From: Klebsormidium nitens
Lineage: Eukaryota; Plantae; Klebsormidiophyceae
Length of the DNA: 64,000 nt
Reading direction: 5' to 3'
Assembly: GCA_000708835.1 (NCBI GenBank)
Contig: DF237056.1
Location: 134,166-198,165, forward strand
Each line of letters opens with the position of its first letter. The stretch's first letter is position 1. This document shows, piece after piece, positions 57,270 to 64,000 of this stretch. The position numbers and the translations under genes are program-made. The notes under the pieces are model-generated. The model saw only the letters and a list, made by a program, of their open reading frames with translations, ran no database searches and had not been told where the DNA came from.

Positions 57270-60200
57270 ATGGCGGCAGCCTTGTCACGGCTTCAGCGCG
57301 TTAGCTGCTGCACCACTGTCACATGGCAGCCCAGCGCTTCCGCAGCGGGCCGCCCAGGTGCCACCAAAGTGTACCCTGGGACAAAAGTGGTCGCCATTGA
57401 AAGGGTTGGCGTCTTTCAGCCTCTCAATGCAGTCTTTCGCCTACCGGTGATCAGCAAGGGGACCTGGCACAACTTTCCGCCAGCTGTGCGGTGCGTCGCA
57501 CAAGTTGCGGCCCGTGACAAGACTGGGCAGCTCACAGAATGTGCCCCTGAGGAGCAAGGAGCAGTATTCGGCACTAGCCCAGTTGCCAACCTGTTTGGCC
57601 CAGCTTTCCTTTCTGGAGGAACTGAGCAAGTTGACAATGCACTGGCCTTGTTACTTGACTCTTATCAAGAGCCCCTCATCGAGGCGCCGCCGGCAGGCGC
57701 AACACTGCCTCTCGATGCCACCTGTCACATTCTGACTGGTCCTAGCGAGGTTGTTGAGGATTCGGAACTGCAAGCCCACATTGACGCCCTTTCGGAGGAG
57801 CAAGCAATGCTTAGAGAGTCCTTCCAAGCCCCCCACGACGGACCCCTGATCTTGCCAGACTCCCTGGATTGGCGTCTGGCACGCCTTTCGCCAGTCGTCG
57901 CAGTTGACGAGCCCCCCCCAGAGACCCCAGTCCAGAAACTCCAAAACATGCTCATGGGCACTGCGAGGCTTCTAGGGGCGCTCGTACTGGCCTCCGCTCT
58001 CGCCCTTTGTACCCCCCACCCGGCGCTGGCGGCCCGCAGCATGGGTCGCGCGGGCGGGGGGGGCTTCTCCAGCAGCCGCTCGAGTGCGGGTTCTAGCCGC
58101 TCTAGTTCTTCCAGCTCCAGCCGGTCCAGTTCGAGCAGCTCCAGCCGCTCTAGTTCTTCCAGCTCCAGCCGCTCTGGTTCGAGCGGTTCCAGCCGCTCTA
58201 GTTCTTTGAGTTCTGGCCGATCTAGTTCTTCCAATTCCGGCCGGTCTGGCTCCTCCAGTTCCGGCGGCTCTAGTTCTTCTTCCCGCCGCTCTAGTTCTTC
58301 AAGTGGCGGCAGTTCTGGCTCTGGCTTTCACTGGGGCAGCACTCCTTCGAGCCACTCTTCCAGTCACTCAAGCGACTCACATGGTCACCCTCCCACTCAC
58401 CCCAACACTGGCGGTCATTCCCTCAGCCACTCTGATAGCCACGCAAAGAGCGGTGTCAAACCCTGGAGCGGAGGGGCAGCTGGGAAGTCCTCTGGGAAAC
58501 CTCCCGAGCCAAACCCGTCTCCAAGCTCTTCTGAGAAGCGGAGATGGTGAGTGTCTTGCGAATTGGGCATGCATCTCTTGCAAATCCCGCAGTTTAAGCC
58601 GCACCAATAGTTCCCCCTGAATATTGATTTGCACTTACATTTGAAGGACTTTCAATAATGTTTCTTCAATCTGGGCGCTAAATCTGAGACACTAAAGCTC
58701 CTCCTTCATATATTCGTTCTGGCTGACATATGTAGCGGCAGCCAAAAGAAAATGTTGTGTGAGTGACTGAACGCACGGTATGGGTACAACATTGATTTCC
58801 GATCTTCTCGAACCGGAAGACTGGGTATCCGGGGGCACAGAAGAAGACGTAAAAGCAGTCCGAATGATATGATAGGTGTTGTAGTTCCTTCCGTTACTGT
58901 TGCTTTCCTTGTAGACTCGTTCAGGCACAAAGACTGCCTTTCAGAGTCCTGAGAGATTTCCGTTGCAACGCAGGTGATTTGACTTAGGTTGCTTGTTTAT
59001 CTCAACCACGCTTGGAGCAAATTCCCTTCTTATTCACTACAAGACAACCCGTTTCGGTACCCACATTTCAAGTTGTTGAACTGCTCTCCAGGTTTGGTGG
59101 CGGCTCCCACGAACCCGAGGAGCCGTACCTCAACTCCCACTCTCATAGCGACACGTTAGCGTCAATCCACCTTCACTTGGGCGGCCCCACCCAGCCCCCC
59201 TTCAGCAGCCACCCGGGTGCCTACCACTACTCAGACACGCACGACCGGCTACTGAGGGCTTTTTTCCGCAGTCTGAGCGGCGAAGACCGCAGCAAGGAAA
59301 CGGGGGGGCAGCAGCAGCCTGGGGCGGAGGTCCCCCGTACTCCGAAAGAGGCGGCTGCGGATGCGGAAGCACAGAAAGCCACCCTTGAGGAAGTGTTGAC
59401 CATTCTTGGTATTGCGGCGTTTGAAATTCTTGTGGTTACGATTCTTGCTCTGGGGATGCACAGAATATTGATGGTAGTTTTTGAAAGGGAACGCCCAAGC
59501 GACGACAACTCGGGAACCGTGAGGGAGAGGGACGGTGACCTGGTTGCTGACGCCAGCAGGGCCGCGGAGAGGACGCGTGATGACGTCAGTGAGAGTCGCG
59601 CCCCCGAAGGAACGCGGGTGTACGATTTTGACACGGAAGTGAAAAACCTCCTTACGGTTGTCAAGATTCAGGTGAGCTGACACAGTAAATAAAGACCCGG
59701 TTTTAAATACGCTCTTGGGAAGAGAGTAATAAGTATAGCACCAATTTGAAGAAGCAGACACTCCAGTCGATACTGATCTTACAGTCCTTTATTTTCAGAG
59801 CGCAAATGGTCTGAAAAAGGGATTATTCATTCGGAAGCATACTTAAATCTGTTTAAAGATCGTCTCTACTCCGGGTCCTCATTTACAGTGCGAAAGGCCC
59901 AAGAGGCTTGTGCCTCGTCTTGTGGAACAAGCTTTAAGCACGTTTTATTGATTGAACTACCTAGACGCCATCAGCCTTCTGTAATGAGCTTGATGCGCTC
60001 TCAAACGATAGTGTACGTACGAAGTTCGGCGCCAGTGACGTCAGCGACAGAGGGTTCCGGGACACAGCAAACAGCGTATATAACAACTGAAAGAATGTCG
60101 GTAGGAAAAAGTGCTATTAATGTTGGATACATGTCAGATTTCGCACTCCATCAATGCCTTCTCTGGAATAGGTACATGAATGCTTTGAGAAAGCTTGACG

Positions 60201-62621
60201 TCGCTTTGCACACAGGTTGCTCTGCTGGGCCAGGCCAAGTCGGTTCAGGTCCAGATGGATAAGCTATGCGAGGAGGCGGATACGGGCTCCAAGGAGGGAC
60301 TGCATAATCTCTTGACAGGTCAGCTTGACCTCATTGCTGCGCTTATGAACCGGCTGCCAGCAGATTACTCCACGGAGATTAGATCGTTCGGTTGCTTTAC
60401 CACTTGATCGACCACCCAAGAGAAGACCGTCATCAAAAGGAACGTTTTCAAGAGCATTTCAAGGTTTTTGAAGCATCAGCGCTGCTCAGATTGCCGTTTG
60501 CGATTTTTCCGGCCGCAAGCGCCTCACTCACCGCTTGTTCGACTGGATTCCAAGCCTTAAATGATGAGTCATTGACTCAGAGTCGGGCTCAGATCTGGAA
60601 AACCTTTGACGTATCGGTTTTCGTCTTTCTGGTCCTTCCTACGCTTTGGTCGCGGGCTTCTGAAAATGTTCGTTTGTGAGCTCGGCCGCGTGTCATTTGA
60701 AGGCTCATGTCAGACGATTTGCCAACCCGACTGAAGGCCAGGGATATTCTCGAAGGAGTTGCTGCGAACCCCAGGATACCGACACGCAGAAATTTTCTTC
60801 GCAGAGACCTTGCTGGTGATCCTGCGCCACTCCACGTACTGGGCATATGGAAACGCTCAGGTAAGTGTGCGTCCCAGTCACTTCTCGCCCTTGCGAATAA
60901 TATAAAGTCTACTGGAAGCGTTTGAAAGGAGCCCGAAGCATCGTTTGGAAGGAAGTAAAATGGGTCTTATATCGGGACCACGGAAGAGATTCGCATGACA
61001 ACCATTGCTTTATAGTGAATTCTCCTGCGTGTTTTAATTGTCGCTTTGAAGTCCGTTTCGTTGCTGGACAAGCGTCACATCCATTTTACTCGCGCAGATG
61101 ATCCCCTTGGGATACGACGCGGCTGAGAGACGGTACCAGCAGATTGCACTGGTAAGCTGAATTCTCCTAGAAGTACCGGGGACTGAAATGGACGCGTGGC
61201 TTGCGTCAGCTAATCATCTTCTGTTACACGTCTTGCTCCGCGATGCTTTGGTCCTTCTTAAGCTGGCTTCCTGAGACCCACTTTTCCCAAAAGCAAAGGG
61301 CACTTTTTCTGGTGACTTCGTGCTTCAAAGGTGCTCATCAACACGATGTAGTTACATGAAAATGACGTGTGCAGGAGGAGAGGTCCAAGGCGGAGCAGGA
61401 GACGCTGGTCAACAAGGGAGGCAAGCTGACCAAGATGCCGTCCGTCCGCGATACGGACGAAGAGCCGCCGCCCAACGAGCTAATCGTCGTAAGCGCCCAC
61501 TCAGAATCCCATCTGGCTTTGGATTTCAGCAAACGTTCAGGGGACTTGCAAAAAAAATGTGACTCTGAGTCTCAAGGAGAAGGACTCTCGGATTACGATC
61601 GAAGTTTGACTGCACATTTCTCTAAAAACCTTTCCGCGTTTGCGTCACATATCTTTGATATCGGTAACATGAATGATATTTCGGCCTCGAGAGCTGACCT
61701 TGTCGTCTTTTTACGCTAACCGAAGAGTAAATCCGCTCGAAGCAGTCCCTGAGTGGTCTCTCACTCGTTCGTGGGGTGGGCTTAAAGTGAGGTCCTTTTG
61801 TGTCTACCTCGTCTCAACCCCCTGATTACGTCAACATTCTCCGCAGGCGTGCTGACCGAGCTTCTTGTTCTCGTAATAGGTGACCGTCTTGGCTGCCGTT
61901 AAGGGCCGTTTGGAAGCGCGCGAGGGGGCACAACGCGTCGCCGCGCGTGAGAGCCTCAAAGGGGCACTGCAGGCGCTGAGCCAGGTGCAGGCGAATGACC
62001 TCGAGGTGAGCTGCGAGCTCGCGCACTTTCGCATTGATTCAGGTCGGATTCAGTCCCCGCGACCAGGATTTCCTACTTTTTGACGCCATGCAGAGAGCTG
62101 TTTAGAGTGCTTCAGCGTTGTCATGAGAGCCTATTTGACTGAACTTACGAGGTTTGGCTACTGAACTCGAATTCGATTCGCTTACCAAGTCCGCGTCTGC
62201 TAGCGCTTACGGAGCAGATCGCGTTAGTCTGCAGCGTCCACTGAGTTGTCTGCAGATGACATCTGCTATACAACGTGCTCTTACATATTTTCTCCTGCTT
62301 TGGAGAAATGGCCTCTGAAGGTGGACTTATAGTCGACACCGATCAAGATCCGGTGGGTTCCAAAGCAGGACAAGATAAGACTGCCTATCAAAATTTTCTG
62401 CGCCGCAAACAGGCACCATTTGAAAACCAAGAGGTGACTCGAGTCCTCGCGCTTAATAACAGCCTAACCGACAAACACTCTGAAAAATCTGTGGCGATAT
62501 TTGAACGCTGCTTTCCTTTGCGTGGCAGGTGCTCGACATTTTATGGGTGCCCCAGGAAGATGACGACACGCTGACGCACGCCGAGCTCATTGAGAACTTT
62601 ACAGATCTGTCGCCCATGTGA
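57270..62621 (+). CDS. FLAP1: DUF1517 / FLAP1-like putative plastid membrane protein, ~800 aa, 8 exons
   Basis: Exons 57270-58546, 59092-59671, 60216-60318, 60805-60860, 61098-61151, 61375-61488, 61880-62005 and 62529-62621. Transit-peptide-like start; ALAARSMGRAGGGGFSSS followed by a Ser run; a TM segment; then TVVKIQVALLG, ETLLVILRH, EERSKAEQETLVN, NELIVVTVLAA, ILWVPQEDDDTLT...ELIENF. This is the DUF1517 signature order; it is a divergent family member, not necessarily the FLAP1 orthologue. Confidence 0.85.
58068..58325 (+). repeat. Degenerate 24-bp (8-codon) tandem repeat encoding SSRSSSSS units
   Basis: Recurrent tccagccgctctagttcttccagc with Arg at every eighth codon (SSRSSAGS SRSSSSSS SRSSSSSS SRSSSSSS SRSGSSGS SRSSSLSS...). 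Confidence 0.85.
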
Positions 62622-64000
62622 ATCCTGTGGTCGTAATTCTTTCGGGGCTGGGTGGGGGGTGGAATTGAAAAGAAACGAGAACTGTGTTGGAGACGATAGT
62701 TGTCTTTTTCTGAAGGCTTCTAGTAGCCTTGGTCTCAACTGGTAATGATAGGACAGCGCAGGGACGGGTATATATGGTTTTTGGACGGATAGGAAGGCTT
62801 GTTACATAGCTAGGACAGTCCTTGTTAATCATTTGGTACTCGCAGCAGTGCTTCGCTGAGTACAGCCAAGGGCGCTTACAGGGTCTCTCAAAAGGGGTGG
62901 GTGGGTATTCGGTCACGGAACGATTGTTCGATAAAGGACAACTGCTGGAGCTAACATTTGTGACTTTCAAGGAGAAGTTGGCGTAGAGAAGAAGCTGCAC
63001 GAATCGCATTGGGTTGGAAGATTGCAGGAAGATTGTGGAAGCAAGCACCATCGGTGGTCATCGATATCGCGAGGAAATATATTCCGAACGTTTTGATTCG
63101 GTTCGTTTTGGACTCGGGTCGGGCTAGGTCGACAATTACTGTCAGGCTCATTCGCTAGCTCGCACTTCAAAAGTGAAGGATCGCGCCGGCGAGTTAATTC
63201 TAATGCCCTGCTGGTTAAGAAAATCTTTCGATCTTCTATCCGTTGTCGATGGCTTGGATAGAATGGAGAACCGATCAAACGTCGCTGCAATCCGAGCACT
63301 CATATCCTTAGCTAGGGCGTCGTGATGGACCCGCAGCGCCGGCCGATCATAGCGCAAACTTGCATGAGAGGCTATGGCGCTACTGCGATACCGCAGTTCA
63401 ACAATCCAGATGAGTCTCCGCACAGCGCCGCACCGTCAGCTGGTCGCGGGCTGGTGCGCCCCATATAGCGCAACTTGAATGTTCTAAGTTCTAGCATCGA
63501 TCAAGATCAAGATATTTCAGTCACCGTCTAGACCGTGTAGCAAAAAGTAAGCGAGCTTGGTTAAACTTCAGTTTTCACCTTCAGGGTGATCACTGGCGGA
63601 CTCGGTCTAGTCCAATGATGGTATGGTAAGCTATGGGCCCGCGTCTTGCACATAAACAGCATTGCAGGAGAAATTGCAGGATTCGTCCAAGCTGGCTACT
63701 GCAGTAAATCCGCGTACTACCGCCCTCCACCAACATGCGCTACGGGTTGCTTGTGGGCGCTTCTGAGCTAGGAGCAGCTTCCGGGCCTTAGATACTAGAC
63801 GGCATGTCTCTGAGGTCGTCGGATCATCTCTTCTGATGGCAGCAATCATGAATATCTGCACCGTGATCCCAACTTTCAGTTTGCTGAAACTTCGCTTCTG
63901 CGCGAAGCTGAGCGCGCACAGGAACCCCGTCAAGACCGGCGTACTCAGAGCCGTACGATACAAAATTACGTGGACTTCGATAATCGACACCTGGGATGTG

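Noticed and set aside
57725-58234. Minus-strand ORF with ELEELERL repeats
   Set aside because: It is the antisense reading of the 24-bp Ser repeat in the DUF1517 gene.
60707-60925. ORF MSDDLPTRLKARD… as a DUF1517 exon
   Set aside because: Wrong frame; the homologous exon is 60805-60860 (ETLLVILRHSTYWAYGNAQ) in another frame.
62950-64000. Minus-strand ORFs 63148-63423 and 63631-63990 as a further gene or LINE fragment
   Set aside because: No identifiable domain or convincing exon chain within the window; cannot be supported either way.

Overview
Intron-rich eukaryotic genomic DNA (GT-AG introns, GC-rich exons, one 20-N assembly gap). Land-plant-like enzymes occur together with a flagellar-type SHIPPO-repeat gene, which suggests a streptophyte alga such as Klebsormidium; this is inference, not a database hit. 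I traced eleven spliced genes by hand: histone H2A.Z (5' exon outside the window); a V/E/K/T-rich articulin/epiplastin-like protein; ICMT/STE14; peroxisomal glutamate:glyoxylate aminotransferase (ends SRM); an 18-exon, ~1590-aa protein made of an HPD-less J-like domain, a DnaJ-X domain and ~1250 aa of LEA/apolipoprotein-like amphipathic repeats; a helicase-C-only eIF4A-like protein; peroxisomal acyl-CoA oxidase ACX1 (ends SRL); two tandem LEA-like paralogues; a PGPGAY (SHIPPO/ODF3-type) repeat protein; and a DUF1517/FLAP1-like protein. The strongest candidates for novelty are the J-like/DnaJ-X/LEA chimera and the epiplastin-like gene in a green-lineage genome. Most small ORFs in the supplied track are antisense or intronic noise.
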